From IMG/VR virus record IMGVR_UViG_3300023213_000432, positions 128,001-192,000 of that record: a stretch of 64,000 bases of DNA; one strand, given 5' to 3'. Every line of letters begins with the position of its first letter. Position 1 is the stretch's first letter. Of this stretch, positions 19,709 to 28,425 are shown one piece after another. The translations under genes were made by a program, and so were the position numbers. The notes under the pieces are model-generated. The model searched no databases and was not told the origin of the DNA. It saw only the letters and a program-made list of their open reading frames with translations. The DNA is from a virus (Duplodnaviria > Caudoviricetes).

Positions 19709-19728
19709 ATTGCTCAGTATGCTGAGGC
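19709..19728 (+). repeat. dispersed hairpin motif copy 4
   Basis: ATTG-CTCAG-TATG-CTGAG-GC. Confidence 0.8.
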
Positions 19729-19769
19729 GTGCCTCCTGAGTAAATATAGCAACACGGAAGACAATAAAG

Positions 19770-20105
19770 ATGTTTAAATCCTATAGCTGGAAATATCTGG
19801 ATTATGACTCAAAAACAGATCAATGGCGATACGAAATCACTATCATGGATGTTGATTTTACTGAACCCGTTGCCGCCTCGGCCATCACAGCTGACTGGAC
19901 CATCAACGACATCGCCGACGCCCTGATCGATATTTACTCTCGAAGAAATCTCAATGTGGCTGGCAATTTAGTATTGTTTATGCAATATGTAGAAAATAAA
20001 TGGCCATGGCGAGATATTAAACGGCAAATTAAATGGTATCAGAAATACGTTCCCGGATATCAAAAATATCATGATCAAGTAATGGACTATCTAATATTTA
20101 TGTGA
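19770..20105 (+). CDS. dispersed paralog family protein, copy 4
   Basis: Family motifs. Confidence 0.85.
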   Translation: MFKSYSWKYLDYDSKTDQWRYEITIMDVDFTEPVAASAITADWTINDIADALIDIYSRRNLNVAGNLVLFMQYVENKWPWRDIKRQIKWYQKYVPGYQKYHDQVMDYLIFM

Positions 20106-20117
20106 TAAAGAAGAAAA

Positions 20118-20465
20118 ATGTTTAGATTTTATGATTGGAAATGTTTTGAATCTATTTATGAAACAGAAAAATCGCAATATGAAATTACTATCGTGGATGA
20201 TGATTTTATTGAAATCGAAATGATCAGCGTGGGCTTAAGAGGCAATGGTTCTCTCACCGATATCATCGCCACTTTTCACGCTATAATCAATACTTATTCT
20301 CGAAGAAATCTCAATGTAGCTGGAAACCTAGTTTTGTTGATGCAGTTTATAGAACATAAATGGCCATCTATGGATATTAAATGGCAAATTGAGATTTGCC
20401 AGCAATTCATTTCAGAGTATCGGGAATACCATGATCAAGTAATGGATTATTTAATATTTTGGTGA
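20118..20465 (+). CDS. dispersed paralog family protein, copy 5
   Basis: Family motifs; tandem with copy 4. Confidence 0.85.
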   Translation: MFRFYDWKCFESIYETEKSQYEITIVDDDFIEIEMISVGLRGNGSLTDIIATFHAIINTYSRRNLNVAGNLVLLMQFIEHKWPSMDIKWQIEICQQFISEYREYHDQVMDYLIFW

Positions 20466-20479
20466 TAAAGAAGAAAAAG

Positions 20480-20521
20480 ATGTTTAAATCCTATAGCTGG
20501 AAATATCTGAGTTATACTTAA
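20480..20521 (+). pseudogene. 5' fragment of a paralog family gene
   Basis: ATGTTTAAATCCTATAGCTGGAAATATCTG is identical to the first 30 nt of copy 4, then stops after 13 codons. Confidence 0.8.
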
Positions 20522-20543
20522 AAAACGTTCAGCCTCTATACAA

Positions 20544-21143
20544 ATGATGGAAAGAAAGACTCTTAATCTTGGCGGGATCGTTGATTATGATCCTAATTTT
20601 TTGTCTCAAGAAGTAGCTGATGGACTGTTTGTTGCCTTACTTAAAGCTGTAAATTGGGAGCAGCATTACTATACAAACTACAAAACGGGCGCCAAACTTC
20701 CAGTTCCGCGCCACACAGCTTGGTATGCTGATAGTCCCAAAATGGCATATTCTTATTCCGGGATCACTGAAAAAGTTCAGCCATGGCTTCCATCTCTTCT
20801 CGATCTTAGATCCCAGATAGAAAACATTACAGGAGCTACCTACAATAGTGTTCTTCTTAACTTATATCGTAATGGTCGAGACAGTGTTGGGATGCACGCT
20901 GACAATGAAAAGGAATTGGGTATTGATGCTAATATTGCTTCGGTATCATTGGGCGTTACTCGTCTTTTCCAAATGCGCCAAATAGATGGTGCTGATTATG
21001 AACAATATCTTCTAACCCATGGCTCTTTATTAATCATGAGCGGCACCACTCAACATCATTTTAAACATAGTGTTCCCAAAGATCCAAACGTTACCGAACC
21101 ACGGATTAATCTAACATTTAGAAAGTTCTTAAATGACTCCTAA
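20544..21143 (+). CDS. alkB: AlkB-family 2OG-Fe(II) dioxygenase (ALKBH2/3-like)
   Basis: PRHTAWY, NSVLLNLYRNGRDSVGMHADNE, HSVPK..RINLTFR. Confidence 0.88.
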   Translation: MMERKTLNLGGIVDYDPNFLSQEVADGLFVALLKAVNWEQHYYTNYKTGAKLPVPRHTAWYADSPKMAYSYSGITEKVQPWLPSLLDLRSQIENITGATYNSVLLNLYRNGRDSVGMHADNEKELGIDANIASVSLGVTRLFQMRQIDGADYEQYLLTHGSLLIMSGTTQHHFKHSVPKDPNVTEPRINLTFRKFLNDS

Positions 21144-21576
21144 TCAACTCTATCAACGCACACCCATTCATACCGAAACCTTTCTCAGTATCCTCAAAGC
21201 TAATTGGCACCACTACAATCATATTCCTGAAATTCATGGCGATCTTCCTCCGGCTGATCCCAACAAAAAAATAGAGGTTCGCTACTACAAAGACTTTCAT
21301 TTCGATATGCGTCGCTATTGGGCATTAGCCTCGGTTTGGTTCGAGGGTAAGCCAGTAATGGTTATTCAAAATGCAGGACGAGAAGGCGATGATCATTCCA
21401 AACGTTTTATTACCGACAAGGGTCAATATCAGCTGATGATTGAATATTTAGCTACCCTTCAAAAATCGGACGAATTTATTTCTGAACCAGATTTAGTTTC
21501 TCCTAATGAAGAAGTTAAAAATCTAACCAGTTTTTATGGCAATGAGTTGGATGGAATATTTGATTATCATCGCTAA
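21133..21576 (+). CDS. hypothetical protein
   Basis: 147-aa ORF overlapping the previous stop. Confidence 0.6.
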   Translation: MTPNQLYQRTPIHTETFLSILKANWHHYNHIPEIHGDLPPADPNKKIEVRYYKDFHFDMRRYWALASVWFEGKPVMVIQNAGREGDDHSKRFITDKGQYQLMIEYLATLQKSDEFISEPDLVSPNEEVKNLTSFYGNELDGIFDYHR

Positions 21577-21637
21577 ATTGAGTTATGTCATTTTGGCACC
21601 CAAGACTTTCAACAAATTATAATTGAAGGAAAAATAG

Positions 21638-22087
21638 ATGGCTTCCGCAAAACACGCTAATAAATTGCTCAACACATATTTGGAGAACCAAGATTATGAG
21701 GAATCTTGGGCTCTAATCCGATCCGTCATTCAAAATGATAACGACATCAATGCCAAATATGATCTATTGTGTCTCTTGATGAATGGCAACACTATGGAAC
21801 TTATCATAGACAATTTGCAAAGGCAGCTATGTCATATTTATCTTTCCGATAAGAACATCGAAGCCTATCTTGACAAGGCAGTTCAATTTAATCCTTTGTT
21901 GGGATATGTGAGCATTGAAGCTAGATCCCGGCGCGACATGAAAAATGAAAGCTCTTTGTGTATTGGTATTCCCGTTACTCGAAAGAGTGATATTGATAAG
22001 CAATGTGAGGAGGCGGAGCGGATTATGACTACTGTGAAGGAAGTCTTAACTATGATGTTGGTAGAAAGTAGAACAATTCCTGTATGA
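21638..22087 (+). CDS. hypothetical protein
   Basis: 149-aa ORF, GAAGG RBS. Confidence 0.6.
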   Translation: MASAKHANKLLNTYLENQDYEESWALIRSVIQNDNDINAKYDLLCLLMNGNTMELIIDNLQRQLCHIYLSDKNIEAYLDKAVQFNPLLGYVSIEARSRRDMKNESSLCIGIPVTRKSDIDKQCEEAERIMTTVKEVLTMMLVESRTIPV

Positions 22088-22245
22088 TTATTAAACGAAA
22101 TTTATTGCTCCGTGCCAAACCAGAAAATCTTAAAAGATTGGCAAAATGGCTTGGAATTGAGGATAAGGAACTAACCCATCAACAATTGGTTCATTTTGTT
22201 GATAAGAAGATTAATAAAGGACAGTATTTCTTTGACATATGTTGA
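22084..22245 (+). CDS. small hypothetical protein (53 aa)
   Basis: Manual translation MIIKRNLLLRAKPENLKRLAKWLG...; ATGA coupling. Confidence 0.45.
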   Translation: MIIKRNLLLRAKPENLKRLAKWLGIEDKELTHQQLVHFVDKKINKGQYFFDIC

Positions 22246-23310
22246 TTAGTCTAATCCGAGGGCTTTCATTTTTTTTCTTAATGTACCAATCGTCGTCCCT
22301 AGCAATTTGGCCATTTCTTTACAGTTAGATGTTTTCGACATTTCTTTTAACACTTCTTTGTTTGGCAAAAATACTCTTTGTTTTTTTGAAACCTGTTCAT
22401 ATAATCCATTTAATTTTAATCTCTTGGTAATGGCGTCTGCACTTATTCCAGTAATTTGAGAAACTCGCCTAATATTGCTTTTATTAATCATATTTACTAA
22501 ATCAACATTGGACGGCCAAGTAATGATGGTTCCTTTACGTGGTTTGAAATATTCGCCTCTACCACTTTGGTATTTTGGGTTCGTATTGACATATGCTATA
22601 ATGTCATCAGATATTTTCTTTTTGCGTGGCAAAAAAAGAGTCGCTTCTGGGTAATAGCACCATTTCAAAAATTTTTGACATTCTGTTCCAGAAATCGTCA
22701 CAGTATATTGATCATGTTTCGGAATAATCATTCCACCGCCATTTTTAAGGGTTGTTATTTTCATTTTCTTGACAGATTTTGTGTAAAAATTACTTCTAAA
22801 CCCCAGTCTTTGTAAGCAAAGCGCTATGCTTACGATGAAATTTTTGCTGGCACCAACAATATAACAGGAGGGGTATTTGTTTCTATTACGCTTATATAAT
22901 CCTAACGATCCATCTCCGTCAATGCACCCTCGAATAAAATCTGGTAAATATTGTTCTGGGACATTTGGAAATTCAATAGTAAGAGTTTTGTTAATGATGC
23001 ACCCTTTTGATATTAACCATTCTGATATGCGTTTATCACATAATCGTAATCTGAAATATTCAGGTCGATTTTTAGATGTTGATTGCACAGATAATTGTGG
23101 GCTTATCACGTCTCTAATTTTTTCTAACCAATCTTTATCGCACGAATTAATTTGGTTTGCTATACTGACACCATTTTTAAAAACACAACCATCTGTAAAA
23201 TAAACACCAAGCAAGTAATATGAAATAGCGTCTTCATTAAAGAATGCCGAATAGTTATGAGAATACTTTTGTCGATAAGATTTTTTGATATGTTCCATAT
23301 AAAGATGCAT
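22246..23310 (-). CDS. LAGLIDADG homing endonuclease with C-terminal HTH repeats
   Basis: YLLGVYFTDG and FIRGCIDGDG motifs. Confidence 0.85.
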   Translation of the reverse strand: MHLYMEHIKKSYRQKYSHNYSAFFNEDAISYYLLGVYFTDGCVFKNGVSIANQINSCDKDWLEKIRDVISPQLSVQSTSKNRPEYFRLRLCDKRISEWLISKGCIINKTLTIEFPNVPEQYLPDFIRGCIDGDGSLGLYKRNRNKYPSCYIVGASKNFIVSIALCLQRLGFRSNFYTKSVKKMKITTLKNGGGMIIPKHDQYTVTISGTECQKFLKWCYYPEATLFLPRKKKISDDIIAYVNTNPKYQSGRGEYFKPRKGTIITWPSNVDLVNMINKSNIRRVSQITGISADAITKRLKLNGLYEQVSKKQRVFLPNKEVLKEMSKTSNCKEMAKLLGTTIGTLRKKMKALGLD

Positions 23311-23321
23311 ATCTATGCATA

Positions 23322-23885
23322 ATGTGGATGGAAAAATACGCGATTTTGTTTAAAAAAATTGCTCAATTTGAGGCATTAGCCAAAAATTATGCTGACAATT
23401 TTCGTGTCTGGGGCCCTTATTCTAAATCTAATGGAAGACAAATAGTTGTTGTTATTGATCAGAACGGAAATCGTCGGACTGTCAGTTATCCAAAATGGCT
23501 CTTAGAATGTCATCTTGGCAAACCTTTAGGGGACTTAACAGTAGATCATTTGGATTTTGACTTTACTAACAATGATATTAATAATTTACGCGTAATAGAT
23601 CGGGCAACTCACTCCGCCGATGACAGTCGAAGGGTTCGGCTCATTAAATTAAAATGTGCTTGGTGCAAAAAAGAATTCGAGCGTTCTCCTCGCCTTTTAC
23701 GAGACAAATCCAAAAAAGGCAAACGTGGTGGATTTTGTTCTCGCTCCTGTGCGGCTAAATATAGTCGTGCCCTTCAACTCGGCAAAATTGACAAACTTCC
23801 CGTCCAGCCCTACGTGGAAAGCGAATATTATCGAAGAAAAAATGTTCAAGCTTTCCTCGATTATTTGATCGCCAAATACGCTTAA
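23322..23885 (+). CDS. HNH endonuclease with Zn-binding tail
   Basis: TVDHLDFDFTNNDINNL..H; CAWC..FCSRSC. Confidence 0.8.
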   Translation: MWMEKYAILFKKIAQFEALAKNYADNFRVWGPYSKSNGRQIVVVIDQNGNRRTVSYPKWLLECHLGKPLGDLTVDHLDFDFTNNDINNLRVIDRATHSADDSRRVRLIKLKCAWCKKEFERSPRLLRDKSKKGKRGGFCSRSCAAKYSRALQLGKIDKLPVQPYVESEYYRRKNVQAFLDYLIAKYA

Positions 23886-23899
23886 TTTTCTTTTGTCCC

Positions 23900-23927
23900 T
23901 TGACATCTTTATTCAAAGACTTATACT
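23900..23927 (+). promoter_or_regulatory. sigma70-like promoter
   Basis: TTGACA-N16-TATACT upstream of 23981. Confidence 0.55.
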
Positions 23928-23980
23928 TCAAACTTAATTCGAGGCAATTACGTCTCACAATCCAAACGGAGTTCAATTAA

Positions 23981-24304
23981 ATGACAACTATTAATACGTC
24001 AAACGACAATAATACCAATGATAACAACGACATTCAGAACATGATCCAAACGGCTCAAAAAGTCTGGGATGCCACCAACGAAATCGTCAGCAACATGGAT
24101 GACAAGGATCATATTTCCCTTCAAGTTCTAGCTAGCAAAGTTAGCAAAGCAGTTTCTATGGAGCCCAAGACGGTTTTTGGTTTTGTGGATCATTTCGTCC
24201 GCAATTCTACCACGGCTTTTATTTCCCCCGGTAAGTCCGGCGGTGTTCGTAAAGGTGCAAGACCAGTTAAGGTGGTTAAGCCCGCTAAGAAATCCACGAA
24301 GTAA
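23981..24304 (+). CDS. small protein with Lys-rich tail, possible nucleoid/DNA-binding protein
   Basis: C-terminal GGVRKGARPVKVVKPAKKSTK; GGAG RBS. Confidence 0.55.
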   Translation: MTTINTSNDNNTNDNNDIQNMIQTAQKVWDATNEIVSNMDDKDHISLQVLASKVSKAVSMEPKTVFGFVDHFVRNSTTAFISPGKSGGVRKGARPVKVVKPAKKSTK

Positions 24305-24329
24305 ATCTTAACTCTTCGATATAGAGTTT

Positions 24330-24486
24330 GAAGCAGTTTAACAAGCCCCTTACGGGGAAGGTTTTCTGAGGATTTTTCCTTTCTCTCACGAGAGAATAAA
24401 GTCCTTGTTTTTCTATGAACAATTCCTCAAAAGGAGAATTCAATTCTTCCCACGGCTAAAGTCGTGGTCTCTTCGAACCATTTTTC
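24330..24486 (+). mobile_element. internally deleted IsrB/IscB-type IS200/IS605 remnant
   Basis: GAAGCAGTTTAACAAG-hairpin-TTTTCTGAGGA matches the omega-RNA 3' part near 39510-39560; TTCAATTCTTCCCACGGCTAAAGTCGTGG..GAACCATTTTTC|ATGA matches the element end at 40565-40616. Confidence 0.75.
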
Positions 24487-24813
24487 ATGAGTAATCGAGA
24501 AATTCTGTCCAAACTTCTTAAGAATTGGGCGCAGGATCATGATGTTAATTATAAAATTGCTGATCCTGATCCCACAGAAGAGGGCTTAAAAAAGACTGGC
24601 GGTTATCTAACTTGGGTTATTCGAAATGGACATATCAATCTGGATTTAGTGTCTCTTTTGGATAGGTTAGAAATTTTTCTAATTAATCGAGAAAAACACG
24701 CTTCTACAGCCGGATTGTTTTGCCAGAAATGTGGAACTTATTGTCCTTTGTCTGCGCCTAATCAGGAAGATGGTGGTTTTGTCTGTTATTCTTGCCGACA
24801 TCGACCTTACTAA
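24487..24813 (+). CDS. hypothetical protein with C-terminal Zn ribbon
   Basis: CQKC...CYSC. Confidence 0.6.
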   Translation: MSNREILSKLLKNWAQDHDVNYKIADPDPTEEGLKKTGGYLTWVIRNGHINLDLVSLLDRLEIFLINREKHASTAGLFCQKCGTYCPLSAPNQEDGGFVCYSCRHRPY

Positions 24814-25255
24814 TTTTACCTCTTTTGCACTTGTCAAACACATGAAAATTCTCAAACAGCGCTATAGAACTGACTGTGTTCCTACCTGTATTGCCATGAT
24901 TACCGATGTTTCTCATCGGAAAGCCATGGAGGCTACTCACCCATTTCATTTCAAAGGTATGGATTGGCGCACTGATGATCATGAAGCTGTCCATGCTTTG
25001 AAGAGGTTAGGCTGGAGAGCCAAAACCAGTTTGATCACTTTGCTCACCAAAATTAAACGCCCTGCTTTGATTATGGTGGAAGGCAAAGTTAGTTTTCGAA
25101 TAAGTGGAACGCTTTTTGATAGTGAAGACCATTGTTTTGCTTGGAATCCGAAGACTCGAGAACTAATTGATCCGTCCTTTGGAATAGGGATAGATCGAAG
25201 ATCCTTTCGGGCGTTCAAAGGGCAAGTAGCTATTGAGATTAGTCCTCGCCATTAA
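24731..25255 (+). CDS. peptidase C39-like cysteine protease (likely start 24842)
   Basis: Q....DCVPTCIAM and later H.FAW. Confidence 0.6.
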   Translation: MELIVLCLRLIRKMVVLSVILADIDLTNFTSFALVKHMKILKQRYRTDCVPTCIAMITDVSHRKAMEATHPFHFKGMDWRTDDHEAVHALKRLGWRAKTSLITLLTKIKRPALIMVEGKVSFRISGTLFDSEDHCFAWNPKTRELIDPSFGIGIDRRSFRAFKGQVAIEISPRH

Positions 25256-25282
25256 AAAATTTTTTGTTTTCTGGTCGAAAGT

Positions 25283-25846
25283 TTGGCTAAACTATTACTC
25301 AAATTCCATCAAGATATAGTGGTTGAAAAATTAGAAGTCGAGAAGAGATATTTAGTAGAGTTGCCATCTTCTTGGAGAGACTTAGCATCTATGTTTGATG
25401 GCTTGGTGGATGTAAAAAGGATTAAGCAGATTTATCTTCGTCCTGATAGTAGCGGAATATCTTCAAGAATAAGAAAAACAGTCCAAGGTTTGTTGGGCAA
25501 GATTCAAATCGTATATCATGCCAATCAAAAAGAATTCGTGGAAGCTGGAGTGCATAAAGAAACGGAACACCAAATTTCCAAAGAAGAATATGAAAAAGCA
25601 CTAGAAAAAAGGCATCCCGATAAAGTAGTGATTGAAAAGACACGTTTTGTCTTTAATTATCATGATCAGTGTTTTGAACTAGATTTATTCAAAGGAGCAT
25701 TGGGCGGATTGGCGATTTTGGAGCTGGAGTTATCCGATCAAAATCAGAAAGTAGAATTGCCGCCTTTCTTGAAGGTAATTGAAGAAATAACAGAGGATCG
25801 CAGATTTAGTAACTTTCAATTAGCCACTAAGGAGCTGCACAAATGA
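25283..25846 (+). CDS. CYTH domain (triphosphate tunnel metalloenzyme) protein
   Basis: EVEKRYLV, EKTRF, FELDLF, LAILELE. Confidence 0.85.
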   Translation: MAKLLLKFHQDIVVEKLEVEKRYLVELPSSWRDLASMFDGLVDVKRIKQIYLRPDSSGISSRIRKTVQGLLGKIQIVYHANQKEFVEAGVHKETEHQISKEEYEKALEKRHPDKVVIEKTRFVFNYHDQCFELDLFKGALGGLAILELELSDQNQKVELPPFLKVIEEITEDRRFSNFQLATKELHK

Positions 25847-25911
25847 ATTGTCGTCCAAAAGAAGTCAAGCGCCCGGTCAAGGGTTGCCAATAATCCAATA
25901 TAAAGACTATT

Positions 25912-25939
25912 GTCAATTACCAATGACTAAAGTCCTTGG
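25912..25939 (+). mobile_element. solo IS200/IS605 end remnant
   Basis: GTCAATTACCAATGACTAAAGTCCTTGG resembles the IsrB left end GTCAATAACCCATGACTAAAGTCATGGG. Confidence 0.55.
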
Positions 25940-26027
25940 AAACTGAACCGGTCAAGGATCGGCTCCCGCTGGAAACGGGCTGGTACCCGTCATAGGGTAT
26001 GGGATGCAAGCTCTCCGGTTTCCGCCA
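25938..26027 (+). tRNA. tRNA-Ser (GGA)
   Basis: Acceptor GGAAACT/GGTTTCC, G73, encoded CCA, loop CTGGAAA, long variable arm TACCC/GGGTA; T loop TGCAAGC. Confidence 0.8.
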
Positions 26028-26042
26028 ACGTTGCACTTTAAG

Positions 26043-26088
26043 GTCAATTACCCATGATTAAAATTATGGGCTTCCTTGCTTAGAGATC
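26043..26088 (+). mobile_element. 46-bp miniature IS200/IS605 derivative (single hairpin)
   Basis: GTCAATTACCCATGATTAAAATTATGGGCTTC fused to CTTGCTTAGAGATC|ATGA. Confidence 0.65.
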
Positions 26089-26178
26089 ATGATCTTTCAA
26101 TAATTTCGCATTACATCAAATATAATATTCGAGAGGTGCCCCACTAAACTAATATTCCCTCTAACTATTTACTTTGAT

Positions 26179-26523
26179 GTGGAGATCGCTATGGGCACGC
26201 CAAAATTGAAAGACCCAAATTTTTCGTTCGATGAGGAAGAACTTGATGTCCCGCTTGACATTCAAGATATTATTACCGTGTGTCGAGAATATAGCAAATT
26301 AGGATGGCATCTTCAGCGCCAAATAGAGGCAATATTAGAATTTGGAAATGTGGAAGAAGCTATTAAAATGGGACAGGTTAAAAAAGAAGCTCTGCCCCAC
26401 ATTAAGGAGTTTTTAATGGTAATATCTAATACGCACTATTTCGGTGATGCTGCTTATCAGGCTCATGATTGTATTTTTTTGATCGAACGATATCAGGATA
26501 ACCAAATATCAAGCCTCAACTAA
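26179..26523 (+). CDS. hypothetical protein
   Basis: ORF abutting the next gene. Confidence 0.55.
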   Translation: MEIAMGTPKLKDPNFSFDEEELDVPLDIQDIITVCREYSKLGWHLQRQIEAILEFGNVEEAIKMGQVKKEALPHIKEFLMVISNTHYFGDAAYQAHDCIFLIERYQDNQISSLN

Positions 26524-27027
26524 ATGATTTTTATTTACATTCTTCTTACTTTTGCCTCTGCTTTTTTTCTAACTACTTTGTTTGGGTATTTGGCGCATTG
26601 GATTATGCATAAACGTTGGTCTGGAAGGTTATATCAAGCCCATTATACACATCACCAAGTCTTATATCCTCCTGAGGATATGTATTCCGATAAATATCGA
26701 GAAGCTGGGATTGATGATAGCGGCAAATTATTTATTTTGCTTTTCCTTCCTATTATTCTGGTCATTTTGGCGTTTGGGTGGTTCAAAGTGATACCTCTAT
26801 GGGCAGCTATTCTAACAGTGATAGAGATGGGATTGATTGGATATTTGCATGATTTTTGGCACGAAAAGTTTCATTTATCTAATACTTGGTGGAAGAAATT
26901 TAAGTGGTTTCAACATCTAACTCAACTTCATTATATACATCATATTGAAACTTCAAAAAATCTGGGGATATTTAATTTTTGGTGGGATAGAGTGTTTAAA
27001 AGTTATCACGGAAAATTTGATGAGTAA
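26524..27027 (+). CDS. fatty acid hydroxylase / sterol desaturase family membrane protein
   Basis: His boxes HWIMH, HYTHH, HDFWH, HYIHH plus transmembrane helices. Confidence 0.8.
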   Translation: MIFIYILLTFASAFFLTTLFGYLAHWIMHKRWSGRLYQAHYTHHQVLYPPEDMYSDKYREAGIDDSGKLFILLFLPIILVILAFGWFKVIPLWAAILTVIEMGLIGYLHDFWHEKFHLSNTWWKKFKWFQHLTQLHYIHHIETSKNLGIFNFWWDRVFKSYHGKFDE

Positions 27028-27039
27028 GGAGTATAAGTA

Positions 27040-27387
27040 ATGGCAACGTTAATCCTCGCAGACCTATGCATCAATTGCGGAGCGTGTTTTGGCCCTGAAG
27101 TATGTCCTAACGATGCAATTACGGATGGCTCTGATGTTGGAATAGATGCCTTCTATATTCACCCAAACAAATGTGATGAGTGTGTGGGGTTTTATTCTTT
27201 TGCTAATTGCCAAACTTATTGTCCCGTAGAAGGCTGTATCATTCCCGATCCCAACATCGTTGAAGACGAAGATACTCTTATTCAACGAGCTTTGTCTTTA
27301 CATCCCAATAATGAAGAACTGAAAACCCGATTTGATAGTGGCGACTTTCCATCTTTGAAACGCAAACTCCCCATCGTTAAAAATTAA
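27040..27387 (+). CDS. YfhL-type 4Fe-4S dicluster ferredoxin
   Basis: CINCGAC..CP and CDEC..C...CP motifs. Confidence 0.85.
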   Translation: MATLILADLCINCGACFGPEVCPNDAITDGSDVGIDAFYIHPNKCDECVGFYSFANCQTYCPVEGCIIPDPNIVEDEDTLIQRALSLHPNNEELKTRFDSGDFPSLKRKLPIVKN

Positions 27388-28413
27388 TTACTGTGGCGTC
27401 CAAGCATTGGTCGATGAATTGAATAACCAAGTATCGTTGTAATCTTCATCATCTTTGATTCCGCCGAACAATACCGTTCGAGCCGAAAAGACATCATATG
27501 CCATTTGAGCATAGGCTCTTCGCAGAGGCACAGTTCCTGATGGAAGAATTTGCGTCCAAGTATTATTTGTAGGATTGAATACCCAAGTTTCTGCGTTATA
27601 TCCTTGGGCAGTGATTCCTCCAAACAGAATGAATAAGTTATTCCCGCTATCATACACCATGTTTGCCCCATATCTTCCGCTGGGCACCGAACTCGATAAC
27701 CCCAAATTGACACCAAGCCAAAAAGTTCCGTCAAACTGCCAAGTATCTGTCAAAAGTTCCGTTGGACCAGCACCGCCAAAAAGCAAAGTGATCGATGGGC
27801 TGCTAGCTTGAGCATGGTGCAATCTTTTGCTAGGAGCATTGGGTGGGTTCAACAAAGTCCAAGTGTTATTAGAGTGAGTCCAAGCCCACGTGCCAGCAGT
27901 ATAAGTGTTATTGGTTTGTCCGCCAAATAAGATCGCCTTCCCTATTCCAGACTGGTAAGATAGTTTAGCTGACTTTCGACTAACAGGATTAACAATAGCT
28001 CCTGTTCCATTATTAACCAGGCTCCAAGTTCCAGTAAAAGACCAAGTGTCTTGCAATGGATTTAGTTCAGCATTAGCTCCACCGAACAAAATGAGACTAG
28101 TTCCATCAAAAGACATAGAGCCATCGAACCTTCCCGATGGACCAACAATTTCATTTAATAGCACCCAGACAGAACCGTTCCAAAACCAACTGTCATTCAA
28201 AACACCATCGTTGGTGTTGTTTGTGGTTTTTCCTCCGAAAAGAACTGTTCCGATTCCCGGAAGATAGTCCATCATCCCTTGCCAACGAGGCGGAGGAGAA
28301 AAACTAAGTCCAATTCCGGGGAAAAGATCTAACCCAGATCCACTTGGGCCACCACCGGGAGGTGCGGGCGAATAAATTCCGGGTGGGAAGGTGAAGAAAA
28401 AAAGAAACATCAC
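27388..28413 (-). CDS. Kelch/galactose-oxidase-type beta-propeller protein
   Basis: Repeated LFGG...DTW.W..W and PSxR units. Confidence 0.85.
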   Translation of the reverse strand: MMFLFFFTFPPGIYSPAPPGGGPSGSGLDLFPGIGLSFSPPPRWQGMMDYLPGIGTVLFGGKTTNNTNDGVLNDSWFWNGSVWVLLNEIVGPSGRFDGSMSFDGTSLILFGGANAELNPLQDTWSFTGTWSLVNNGTGAIVNPVSRKSAKLSYQSGIGKAILFGGQTNNTYTAGTWAWTHSNNTWTLLNPPNAPSKRLHHAQASSPSITLLFGGAGPTELLTDTWQFDGTFWLGVNLGLSSSVPSGRYGANMVYDSGNNLFILFGGITAQGYNAETWVFNPTNNTWTQILPSGTVPLRRAYAQMAYDVFSARTVLFGGIKDDEDYNDTWLFNSSTNAWTPQ

Positions 28414-28425
28414 CCTACCTAAAAA

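Noticed and set aside
23981-24043. AAC/AAT-rich stretch as a DGR template repeat
   Set aside because: It is the coding N-terminus of an ORF and shows no flank homology to the paralog variable segments.
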